From the NCBI GenBank assembly GCA_965112735.1, contig OZ218953.1, forward strand, positions 2,232,001-2,296,000: DNA of 64,000 nucleotides. Direction: 5' to 3'. Within the stretch, counting starts at the first letter, position 1, and each line of letters begins with the position of its first letter. The notes beneath the pieces were generated by a model. That model was not told the origin of the DNA. It saw nothing but the letters and a program-made list of their open reading frames with translations, and did no database searches. A program made the translations under genes and the position numbers. Positions 1 to 14,090 of the stretch are shown piece by piece. This DNA comes from Phaeosaccion multiseriatum (Eukaryota; Protista; Ochrophyta, other classes).

Positions 1-767
1 GTCCAGTTTGCTGCCACGAGTTGTCTCCGTCACAACCACGGAGGGACTACTGTCACCGCCTTCGGAAAGAACCTGTGGGTGCGTGCAGCCGAGCGGGTGG
101 GTGGGTAGGCGAGTACGTGAGCTAGTTAGTAAGTCCCTCTCTCCGTCCGTCCGTCCATCCCTCCCTCCCTCCCTCCCTCCCTCCCTCCCTCCCTCCCTCC
201 CTCCCTCCCTCTCTCCGTCCCTCCCCCCGTCCCTCCCTCTCTCCCCCCGTCCCTCCCTCTCTCCCCCCCTCCCTCCCCCCTCCCCCTCCCTCCCCCCCTC
301 CCTCCCTCCCTCCCACCCTCCCTCCCACCCACCCTCCCTCCCCCCCTCCCTCCCTCCCCCCCTCCCTCCCTTCCCCCCTCTCTCCCTCCCTCCCTCCCTC
401 CCTCCCTCCCTCCCTCCCTCCCTCACTCCCTCCCTCTCTCTCACCCGAAGCAGGGGCACGTCTCCAAGCTCTGTCTTGAAGGTGATGGCAATCGGTCCGG
501 AGCCGTCCACCGTGCACACAGGCCCCTCCTCGTCCTCCCCCGCCAGGTCGACAGCCCCCAGCGTCCACATACCCTCCAGGGCCTCCTTCAGATCACCAAC
601 TGTGCCGTTGGCGTCAATCGATCCTGTGGTTGCTTGTCGGAAACCTAGCTCGAAGGAGCCGTTCTGCCCGGTGCAGGTCAGGTTCTGCTTCTCCCACAAT
701 GGCGGCTCTAGAACGCCTGTGTGTACACGCAATGTACGCATTGGTGGTGGACAGAGAGGGGTGTGGG

Positions 768-813
<46 letters not shown>

Positions 814-2481
814 TGCGTGTGTGTGTGAGAGAGTGTGGGTGTGTACGTGTGGGTGCGCACGTGCGTGCTTGAGGAAAAAAAGAAGAGGGAACCAAGGCGA
901 GGGGCAGAGAGAGAGGGAGAGAGCGAGAGAGCGGCGGAGAGATGATTTCACCGCCACATCTTCGAAAACCCTTCACGCACTCACTCACTCACTCACTCAC
1001 TTACCGCTCTCATTGGCGTAGTACAGCTGATTGAGAACGAAAGAAGGGAGAGACACGCACGCATACACGGACATACACGAAGCTTAAAGTGAGGGAAAAC
1101 AGCACACATTCGACGGTTAAGAGGTAAAGGGCAATCGTAGGGGCATGCGCAGCTTTGTGTGTGTATCTACACTTGCATCGTGCGTGGATGGAGCCCTGGT
1201 ACTCTCTCCAAGTGTTCAGACTAGCTGACTGATACATGACATAGCGAGACGTCGGTACAGGCATATAGGTGTGGGTAGGCATTGGTTCAGATGGGCGGCG
1301 CTGCTTGAGCTCCTGAGCTTCCCTGCTTCGTCCCTTCACTTTCCTTTCTTCCTTCCTTCCGTTCTTCCTTGTTCCTTCATTCCTTCGCTCCCTACTTCTC
1401 CCTTTCCTTCCCTTTCCTCTCTCTCGCCCTCCCTCCCCCCCTCTCTGTATCACCAACTCCTCACCTTGGGATCATCTCCAGTGGGGCAAGACCTGAGGCT
1501 GCAGTCATATCCCGTCCAGTCTGACGCGTTGTGGTAGGAAGGCGCCCCACTCGTGTAGCCAGAAGTGGCACAGTGACAGCCCATCATCTGAAAGACACAC
1601 CAAGAGTGGAGTTTAGAGTGGGTGGGTGGAGACCAATAGAAACGTCAGTCCAGAAGACAAGGGCAGGGGAAGAGAGAGAGAGGGGAGGGAGTCAGTAGCA
1701 TGTGGTGTGCAAAACTGGACCAACCCACCGACCGACTGACCGACTGACCGACTGACCGACTGACCTGGTCAGCATCCCACGTGGCAGAAGCGTTGGCCGT
1801 CGACCCGTACGACACAGGCGCGGGGTTCAAATCCGAATCGGTGGCAAGGAGGGCAAGCTGACGCATGGTCAAGCATTGGCCATGGCCCGAGCAGTAGGAG
1901 CCTGTTTCTGTAAAGCCGGGGCATGTATGACGCTCGCAAGCACCGCCTTCGTGACCAGTGTGGCACACGCATTCCCCGGTGGAGCGGTCGCATTTACCCT
2001 GCGTATGTGTAGGTTAAGCGGGTGGGAGGAAGGCTTAGGCTATAGGGTGATGCGCAAGGGAGGGAAGGAGAAGGGAGTGGGGGGGGGAGGAAGGAAAAAG
2101 GGGGGGAAGTTGCATTGTATGGTGCCTAGGGAGCGGGACTGAAGAGAGAGATCAGGGGACGCTGCACCTCCCCCCCTCCTCTCTCCCCTCCTTACTCACT
2201 CCCTCCTCCCCTCCTTACCGCATTGCTACACTCCATGTGCCTATGTGCGCTGCCGTCACTCCTGGCCTCGTCAAACCACGCAGGGCCTGACGGACAGGTT
2301 CGCATTAGGCAGTTTCCGAACCATCCTGGAGGAGGAGGAGGAGAAGAAGAAGGGGGAGGTGGAGGAGGAGAAGATGGAGGAGGAGGAGGAGGAGGAGGAG
2401 GAGGAGGAGGGCGAGGAGGGCGAGGAGGAGGGAGAGTAGTAGAGGTAGGAGTAGTAGTAGTAGGAGGAGAAGGAGGAGGAA

Positions 2482-2529
<48 letters not shown>

Positions 2530-5500
2530 CAGCAGGAGGAGGAGGAGGAGGAGGAGGAGCAGAAAGAGGTGGTGCGCGTTGGTGTGCGCGTGTTTCCCAT
2601 TTACCCCAGTCAATATACCCCGCTTCCCCGCCCCCGGGACAGAGTCCTGTCACCTGCAACCGTACCCGTGTGGCACTCGCAGTCGAAGTAGGGCTGCCCG
2701 CTGCACCGCCCATGTCCATAGCACTCCTAGTGGCGTATTAAAGAATGAGGGGGTGGCGTGGTAAGGTAGGCGCAAGAGGCCACGCCACATACAGGAGAGG
2801 AGAGACCCCACAAGCCACACACAGGAGAGGAGAGGAGAGGAGAGGAGAGGAGAGGAGAGGCGCCCATGGGAGGATGAGGCGGTGGTAGGCAAGAAAGGGG
2901 ACATAGAGACCTTCTTTGATTTGACACACCCACCCATTGACTGACTAGAGCCTTTACCTGGTATGGGCTGTAGGTGGGGTACCCCAGAGCGAAGTCGATG
3001 ATGAAGCTTCGAGGGGCTCCGAGCTCGAGCTCCAAGTCAGGCTTGCCGCCCTTGGAACTGCCTTTGTACATCCAACCGGTCCCGAAGTCGGTCAGGAAAT
3101 ACGTGTTGCTGGGGTCTCGGCCGTCCAGCTTGAGAGGGGAGGAGAGGAGATAGAGATGGACACAAAGGGGCGGGCGGGGGGGGGGGGTCAGGGTGAGGGC
3201 TAGCTTATCCAAGTCAGCATGCCGGACTGACTAAATGCCTACCAGCCTTCCAGCCGTTCCTTCCCTTTTCCTCCCTCCCTTCCTTCGTCCCTTCCTTCCT
3301 CCCTTCCTCCCTTCCTCCCTTCCTTCCTTCCTTCCTTCCTTCCTTCCTTCCTTCCTTCCTTCCTTCCTTCCTTTCTTCCTTCCTTCCTTCCTCTTAAGCG
3401 CGTCCGTCAACTGACCTGTATACTCTGCGGCGAGACAAAAGGCTGCACGTACTCCTCGATCTGCTCCTCCCCAAACCTCGTGTTGATAGCGCCCGTGGCC
3501 AGCAGCTCCATCTCCATAACGCTCTTGGAGTAGTTGTACATGTCCGCCTGTTGGTTGTTCGGAGGGAGCATGGCAGTGGATGGGTGGATGGATGGATGGA
3601 TGGATGGACGGGATGGCAATGGATGGATGGCAGTGGATGGATGGATGAATGGGTTGACAAGCGGATGGACGGATGGATGGATGGCAGTGGATGGATGGAT
3701 GGATGAATGGACGGATGATGGCAGTGTATGTTTGGTATTGCCGTAGGGGGGATGGGGGGTTGAGGTCCGGGGGCTGTGGGGTTGCCATATTGGACCGCTT
3801 GTCTTTAGGGGACAGAACATGACTGATTGCACCCACCCTTCCACCCACTCAATCACTCAATCACTCTCACTCAATCACCCCAACCACACCCGCTCACCCA
3901 CCTACCCACACACTCACACCCACCCACTCACCTTAAACAAGGCCGGCTTGTACACATCCGTGACCAACATATTCCCTTCGATAAGGTCCAGTGCGATGGC
4001 CCTGGGGTCGGACAGATTAAAGTCGAGGGCAATTTCAGTGCTGTAGTTACCACTCCCATCGCTATTGACGTCGTCCAGATGGCAGCGCATGACAAGCCCG
4101 TCCGTCTCTCCTGCGGCCCCCTCAAGCATCTCGTCAACGACGTAGAGAGTAGCTTGTTGAAGGTCGAGGGCGAGGCCCCGGGGGGTCACCAAGTCCTTGC
4201 CCAGGGCTTGCAGCTTTGGGGGGAAGCAGGGAGGGATGGAGGGGGGAGGGGGCGAAGGCGGTAAGGGACTGAGCCGAAATAAGGGAGTAAATGAAGAAGG
4301 AAGGGAGGGGGGAAGGAAGGAGGAGGAGGCAACGAAGTAAAGATATGATAAGAGACATGATGGACAAGCCACTGTCGTACTCCATGCACCATTGCCACAA
4401 TCCATTCCATGCCTCACATTAGCGCGTATGACGTCAGAGAGGTCCTCAACAAAGGTTTCCGAGTCGGTGCCATTGCTGAGCTGCTTGCGCTGAATTTTGC
4501 CATCGGCAGTGTCGGCCCTGCCTGGCACGGTCCAGTACGCGTAGCGATAGTCTTACGGTACAGAGGAGAAGGAGGAGGAGGAGGAGGAGGAGGAGGAGGA
4601 GGAGGAGGAGGAGGAGGAGGAGGAGGAGGAGGAGGAGGAGGAGGAGGAGGAGAAGGAGGAGAGGGGTGGGGTGGCGTGGGCAAGACAAAGGGAGGCGAAT
4701 GAGGTAGGACGTTGAGGAGGGTATATGCGCAATGCAATGTATGCATACACACACATGACACACAGCACACGGCACACGCAGTAGTGTAACAGTGAGTCTG
4801 TCTGCCTCTACCGGCGTATGTTCGCCTGTATGCCTTTAGCGGTGTATGTGTGTCTGAGATGCCTCTAGCGGTGTATGTGTGTCTGAGGCGCCTCTGCTAT
4901 TGGTGTTCCCTACCTGGCCTGAGATCGAGCTCGATGTACCCCACTGTGTCCTCCAAGGCCAGCTCCGCGAAGACAGTCTTGGGCGCTGTGTGGTACAGGC
5001 TAAAGTCGTACTCGGCCTCAATGTCGCTAGGCACCTGGCCGCATGTAAAGCATATGGGCAAGAGAGAGAGAGTATACAGAGTAAGTATAGCACCTCAGGA
5101 GCACACGTGGGGGAGTGACATGAGTGAGGGAAGAGTGAGTGCACGCTCGCGCGAGAGATGGAGAGCATCAATAGGAGGGAGGAAGGGAGTGCCACTAAGA
5201 GAGGAAGGAGGAGGGCACATGTCTAGAATCTGGATGAGACAGAGAGGGAGAGACCGAGAGCGAAGAGAAGAGAGATAGGGCCGCCGGGGAGAGAAGAGAG
5301 AGAGAGAGAGACAGACAGAGACATGAGAGAGACAACAACACGTACCGTCATTTGATAGATAACGTTCCCCTCCCCCCAATATATGCGTCTGTAGGTCATG
5401 TCCAGAGCGATGGCATTGGTAGCGTTTGCGCTGCTCACATTGGAGAAAGCCTCCGCAGTCTGACCCTTGGATCCCACGTACCTGCACAAGAGGACAAGGG

Positions 5501-8080
5501 GAGGGATTGAGGGAGGGAGGGGGGGAGGGCTGTTTAGGAAGGGATGGAAGGAGGGAGGAAGGGAGGGACTCCCTCACTCACTCACTCACTCACTCACTCA
5601 CTCACTCATTCACTCACTCACTCACCAGTAGACTCCAGGGTCATCAATGCCTGAGGAGAAGGTGGTGTAATCGTCGTCTTCGGTGGCGTTTTTTCCCTCG
5701 TCTGTAAAGTAGAAGAAGATTTCATTCTTCCCTTCGATGGCGTCCCAATATATCTCCCCGTCCGCAAACGCTGTCAGACCTGAGATGAGGGCAGGGAAAC
5801 GAATGACAGGACGGAAGGAAGGAGGGACGGAAGGAATGAGGGAAGGAAGGAGGGGGAGGGGATGTGAGAGGGAAGAGGTAGAGGCAGAGAGGCAAACGTG
5901 GAGGCAAAAAGCGGTATGGGGGCCTGCGTGAGGGAGGCACCCCCAAGGGGAGGGGAGAGAAGAGGATAGAAAAGGAGGAGAGAGGTATACACATACGCAC
6001 ACAGACACACACACATACACACAACACACACACGCACACAGACACACACACATACACACAACACACACACGCACGCACCAGGGCAGGTCTGCCTTCCCGG
6101 CCACTGAGAGGAGGAGTACAAGAACTGTCCACAGGGGCCGTAGTCCTCAGCATAGCCCCAGTCGGGGTCGCAGGTGCAGGTACCAACGTCGTAATCACAC
6201 TGACCGCCTCCACAGCAGGCGGTTGCCTCCTTGGTGCCTTCGTTGGTTCGGAGCCACATGCCTAGGTCAGCTTCGTCATGGGCCAGCTGAGAAGGGGGGA
6301 GAGGGTGGGGAAGGTCAGAGAGAGGGGAGAGAGGGACAGGGAGAGGTACGAGGCAGAGTGAGGCTGCGCGAGAAAGGAAGGCACTGACAGAGAGATAGAG
6401 AGAGGGTGAGAGAGAATTTGTAGGCCTGCTAGCCTGTTAGGCTGTGGTTAGGCTGTGGTTGTTCTGGTGGCCTGGGTGACCCACCTGCTCTCCCCCCTGT
6501 GTCAGGCTGGGCACGACGAGAAGAGGCACGTTTCCGTGGTCCTTGTGCAGGGTGATGTTGGTGACCACAGTGGAGCTATCCGCACACACGCCACCCGCAC
6601 CCATCGAGATGGTGATGTTCTCCTGTGTAGGAAGAGGAGGAGGGGGAGGAGAAGGACGACGACGACGACGACGACGACGACGAGGAGGAGGAGGAGGGGG
6701 AGGGGGAAGAGGAGGAGGGGGAGGGGGAAAAGGAGCAGGGGGAGGGGGAGGAGGAGGACGACGACGGAGGAGGGGAGGGGATACGACAGAGGCTTCTCGT
6801 GAGCGACGCTTGTCGCTGATGGGCAGTTGTGGGAATGACGCGGTCTGTAAGGAGGAAGAGAGAGCTTCAAGAAAGATGGAGCTGAGTTGCTCCAAGGCCT
6901 CGCGAGCGCCAAGCAAACGTGGAATCAATCGCGGTCAATCACCAAAGTGTCCATAATGATGCATTTATACATGTGTGTGTACATGGGGAAGCAAAGGACT
7001 TCTCCACTCAGGGATTGTGGGAGTTGAAGAGAAAGAGGAGAAAGGAAAGAGAGGGGGAAAGCAAAGTGTGCCAAGCCTACCATACTTGTGTGCGTGTGTC
7101 TATGCGTATGCGTGTGATGAGTGTGTGAGTGTGTGCGTATGAGTGTGTGTGTGTACCTACCGCGCTGAGCAGAGACAGGTCGGCGAGTCGGCTCTCTATG
7201 AGGGCGCTGCCTGCGTCCCAGGGGAGGCGGTCCGTTGCCACGCCGTCTTCCGAGCGGAAGCGGAACCAGCCCCCACAGCTGTCGCCGCAGACGCACACCA
7301 GACTGGTTGGTGATTCGCCGTCAGTCGTGGTGATCGTTTATCGTTGTCGTTTGTGATCCGACGCACACGCACACGAGCATGCGAGCGGTGTGGAGAGGGG
7401 GGGGGCGGGGAGAGGTAACGATGAAACGAGAGGAGGAGACGAATGTGTTCAGCGACAGAGAGCGAAGAGGGTGGGTGGGTGGGTGGGTCTTCCGTGTTTT
7501 GGGAAGGTAAGGGGGAGGGGAGGGGAGGGCGACAGTGCCTCATATTCAGGGTCACGTTGAGGGTAAGGTGCTGCACTTGCTACAAACTCGCCATCTCAAA
7601 GGCAACCACCCTGGCTGACCGAACAGCTTCTTGACAAACTGACTGACGGACGGACGGACGGACTACCTCACTGATCGACTGACTGATTGACTGACTTGAC
7701 CACCTGACTGACTGACTGACTGACTGACTGACCGACTACCTCCCTGTACAGCTCAGTGACCCTCGTACCTCAGGGCAGTGACCATGTAGACTGACGGGGT
7801 GGCGGACACATTGCTGCTCGCGAGCTTCTTTGCCTTAATGTAGAGCGGTGGCAGGTCCCCTGAATGGCCTGTGAAGGTGATACTGGTCGTGGTGCCGGTT
7901 TCGCTGCAAACTGGAGGTGGTTGGGTGGGTGGGTGGGGGGTGGGGTATGGTGTGAGGCGTGGGTGGGCGCGCAGGGAGGCGGGGATACGAGCATATAGGT
8001 AGAGGGTGGATGGAAGATGATACACGGGACGTGGGAACGCTGAGGTTTGGAGGGGCGGGGAGGATGAAGCTGAGAGAGAA

Positions 8081-8111
<31 letters not shown>

Positions 8112-9151
8112 AGAGAGAGAGAGTGACGAACCTGAAGTTTGCGAGTCTGAAAAGCTCACTTCCACACCATTTTCGAAGTTTATTGTGCGAAGCGCCGTGA
8201 GCGATTTGGCCACATCTTCCTCTGTGTAAGACGGCAGAACCTGAGAGTGGCAGGGAGGTGAACGGGGAAGAGACGAGGAGAGGAGAGGAGAGGAGAGGAG
8301 AGGAGAGGAAGAAAAGGAAAGAAAGCAAGGAAACGAAGGAGTCATTGAGTTGGCTCCCCCCTCCGGCCCTGTTCCGGCCCCGTGGATGTGAGAGAACCCT
8401 CCATTCTCTGCCCCTCTACAAAGGCCCTCATGACGTCGTTAGTCGTCGTCTCTTTGACCATATGGAGGGGATTCAGCCTACCCAGCCCCATCCCACCCCC
8501 CTTACCTTGGCGTACTCCCCCCTGTAGCTCAGCTTAAAACTTCCCGAGCACGTGGAGGCGCACTGACAGAAGAGCAGCGCCTTCTCGTCCTGCTGTCCGA
8601 TGGTGATGGGGTTATCCCCCTCCACGCACGCCTTCTCGCTACAGTCGAAGCCGCTGTAGCCCAAGTCGCACAGACACCCGTGGATCTTTCCTGCATCCCA
8701 GTGGGTATACTCTGAAGTGCGGTTGAGTCTGAAACCGTCGTTCCTGGAGGCGGCGGAGGCCATGCTAACGCACTCTCCGTGTCCGTTGCAGCCGTTGGGG
8801 CACTCCGCCCTCTCGCAAGCCATCCCCCCGTAGCCCTGCTCGCACGTGCACAGGCCTGTGGAGCTGTCGCAGTGCCCCATATTGCTGCAGGGGGCGTCTC
8901 CATGTGCGGTGTCCGCTGCTGAGGCGTAGTCCGCCCAGGCTGGACCTGCAGTGACATGCGACATGGAAGGAAGGAAAGGAGGAGAAGGAGGTGGGGTTGG
9001 TGTGCGAAGATGTTCAGCAGCAGTGGCAGCAGCAGCAGCAGCAGCAGCAGCACGGGGCTGGGTGTGGATGCGAGGGAATAAGCAGCAGGCGTCGCAGCCC
9101 CCCTCAGCACAGCGTGTGCACCTTGTGACACACTTTCCCCGAAGACGCAGT

Positions 9152-9183
<32 letters not shown>

Positions 9184-9634
9184 CAGTAGCACACACTGCG
9201 TACCACTCCTTACCTGATGGGCATGGCCTCAGAGAGCAGTCCGCCCCTTCCCAGCCTGTCCAGCACTCGCACCGCGAGTAGGTGTTGCACTCCCCGTGGC
9301 CAGAGCATCTGTTGTGGCACTGAGCCATAGAGCCTGCTGGAAGACTCACCAGCAGCAGCAGCTGTAGACCGACCGTTCGCAAGGCTGGAACGAGCCACGA
9401 TCTGCTGGTGCTGGCCGTGCGGCGACGCGGCTCCTCTCGAGATGGTACTGTCCACGATACTAGAGCCGGCGACGAAAGGGGAGGTGGAGAGGAGAAGCAG
9501 CTCAGCAACGCTACTGGTGGCGACACCGCCGATGAAGGCGTGACTCTGAACTGCCGCCGCCGTCGCCCCCCCGAAGGAGTTGTTGAGCCTCGCCAACCGC
9601 CAGGCAACAACAGCCCCGCCCGCTGGTCCTCCAT
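1..9634 (-). CDS. Large secreted/surface EGF-repeat protein of the stramenopile Sig1/Ocm1 (mastigoneme-related) type, with an internal YWTD/LDLR-class-B-like propeller region; 3' end lies beyond the window
   Basis: 21 phase-consistent GT-AG exons: 9634-9214, 8945-8506, 8240-8132, 7910-7769, 7302-7161, 6622-6485, 6286-6079, 5779-5626, 5481-5346, 5034-4914, 4551-4418, 4213-3932, 3547-3416, 3128-2958, 2726-2666, 2325-2219, 1998-1765, 1587-1465, 1026-1005, 716-445, 72-<1. A hydrophobic segment ([12 protein letters not shown]) precedes [11 protein letters not shown]...CPSGPAWAD...AH...[14 protein letters not shown]...[11 protein letters not shown]...WDA...[13 protein letters not shown]...GDNP. A second copy of this module follows (CPSGPAWFD...[14 protein letters not shown]...WDADQ...CPTGDDP). 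Between them are blade-like motifs ([55 protein letters not shown]). The start codon is uncertain. Confidence 0.85.
137..440. repeat. (CCCT)n microsatellite, intronic
   Basis: Direct inspection. Confidence 0.95.
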
Positions 9635-10122
9635 TCTGCTGCGTCAGCCGTAGCGGCTACCCGCAAGGGATATTCTCTTCTATAAAGCCAGAGTCGTCAT
9701 TGTCTACTCTAATGCTCTCTATATCTGTCCCTATGGAAAGAGGGGGCACGGTGAATAAAGATCGCCAGGTAAGCGAAGATATGTCACTAAAAACGGTTAC
9801 ATCTGAGCTCAAACTCAAACTGGTTCCTCCTGCCGTAAGTCGCTTCGCAGGAGGACAGGCCTATCCCTCCTCCTGGTCGCCCATTAGCATCCGCAGCAGG
9901 GATTTTGCTGTTTGCTACAACAGGAGGGTCTGCACAGGTACATCACGACCAGAGTCTTTCCGTCGTTCGTCCTTCCTTGGGTTGCGAGGGGCTGGCAACC
10001 AAGAGGGAGCAGGAGAAGGATTAGCAGCAGCAGCAGCAGCAGCAGCAGCAGTTTTTGCTGTATAGCTCTTTAGTGTGTGGGTGGGGGTACTGCACCCACA
10101 GTGAGCAAGGTCACATTGCGCG

Positions 10123-12436
<2,314 letters not shown>

Positions 12437-12550
12437 CTGACTCGTGACGCGTGACAAACAATTGGTAACTTAACTGCTTGCAAATGGACGAGAGGGAGCT
12501 GAGAAGCGCCCCTCTTGAGGGATGATGCCCCTTCCGGGCAAAAGGAAGCC

Positions 12551-12848
12551 ACTGCGAAGTCGCGGTTGATTGCCCCTCTGAGGCCGATTTGAGCAAAGCT
12601 TGAACAGGAATTGAAACGTCGTTGACACAAGTTTGACCATGCTTTGAAGGCCCTTTGAAGGCGTTTGAGCAGATTCTGAGCCGATTTTCAAGCAACTTCG
12701 ACCGATTTCAAAGGTGCTTCTAATGGGGCTCAGAAGCTGCCCATAGGCCTTCAGAGGTGGTTCAAAGTATGGTCAAACCCCGTTCAGAATCCCTTAGTGG
12801 TTGGCTCAAATCGGCCTCAGGGGGGGCAATCAAACGCGACTTCGCAGT
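12551..12848. mobile_element. Foldback / MITE-like non-autonomous element (~300 bp)
   Basis: ~44-bp terminal inverted repeats: ACTGCGAAGTCGCGGTTGATTGCCCCTCTGAGGCCGATTTGAGC from 12551 vs GCTCAAATCGGCCTCAGGGGGGGCAATCAAACGCGACTTCGCAGT ending 12848. An internal inverted pair is also present (GTTTGACCATGCTTTGAA at 12631 / TTCAAAGTATGGTCAAAC at ~12761). No ORF and no clear target-site duplication. Confidence 0.7.
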
Positions 12849-13517
12849 ACTTGTAAATGATCGGCAAGTTTGGATGTCCAAATTTCTCTTTGGTGTTGTC
12901 TGCCCCGCCTCCCTATATTCCTTACCTTTCCTCACACACGAAGGGAGATGACCAGGAGAAATCTTTCTGTCCTATTATTCATTCACATATGACGTAAACT
13001 AACGAGATAAGCAGGCGACCACGCGCGCACTCACAACAGCCAAGTAGAACGAGGCAAGATGGGCCAGTCAGACAAAGGCAAGGAAGGGAGCATCGGCACC
13101 ACCCCCAGAAGAAAAGTCCGTTCCGAGCGAGCGCCAAGGCACTCGAGAGCCAAGAAGGCATAGGCTGGCGACCCGCACTGGGGCCACCGAGAAGTGAAGT
13201 GGGCACGAAGCCAGCCAGGGATGGTGCTGCGAGGTTGATCCGCAGGGCCTCGTCGGCGGTGGAAGTGTTGGGACAGTTGTCGAATGAAGTGGTTGGCTCG
13301 CTCGCCCATGGCCCATTGAGCATTTTCAGCCCGGGGAGTGGGAAAACAAGTGTCTTCGGAGTGCGTGGACGAGCGCTTCTCTCTTCTTTCCTCCCATTGC
13401 CCTTCTTTCTCTCTGCTCTCTCCCGAGGAACAAACTTACACGTCAATTCCGCGCCAAGGGCCTTCCCTTCCTCCTCCTCTCCTCCTCCTGAGCAGCTTTA
13501 GCTTTCCCACACCCCCT

Positions 13518-13702
13518 CTAGACCTTATCCCCCCCCCCGGATGCGGCAAGGGTCGGGAATGCGTGCATACATGCGGGCATGAGGGAGAGCAAATCTTCCC
13601 ACGCACGGGCCGCCTCTTGCGCCAACTGTGAGAGCGAAAAATGTAGAAGGAAGGGCGATGGAGGGGGCGAGTGAGTCATCAGTCAGTCGCGAGGATGGGA
13701 AG

Positions 13703-13733
<31 letters not shown>

Positions 13734-14041
13734 GAGCATCTGGTGCCATCCGAGCGGAACCTTAAGCCTCTACGCATCGCACGTACCTGCCGATGCTGCT
13801 GTTGTTGCTTCGTCATGGTCGAAGAGCAGTGAATAGCCCCTCCTCCTCCTCCTCCTCCTCCTCCTCCTCCTCCTCCTCCTCCTCCTTCTGGCCCCTCCGC
13901 TCCCGTCTTGCCGTCTCCATCAGTGCTCTCCTCATCCCAATCGCTGTCTTCATCCCAGTCACTGCTGCTGTCACTGTGACTATCATTGCTGCTGCTGCTT
14001 CCCCCCTTCTCCCCTTGTCCACCACTCTGCTGCTGATGCTG

Positions 14042-14090
<49 letters not shown>

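Noticed and set aside
12979-13446. 155-aa minus-strand ORF as an extra exon of the HEAT-like gene
   Set aside because: The preceding exon ends in an in-frame stop at 13518, there is no convincing acceptor, and no motif is recognisable.
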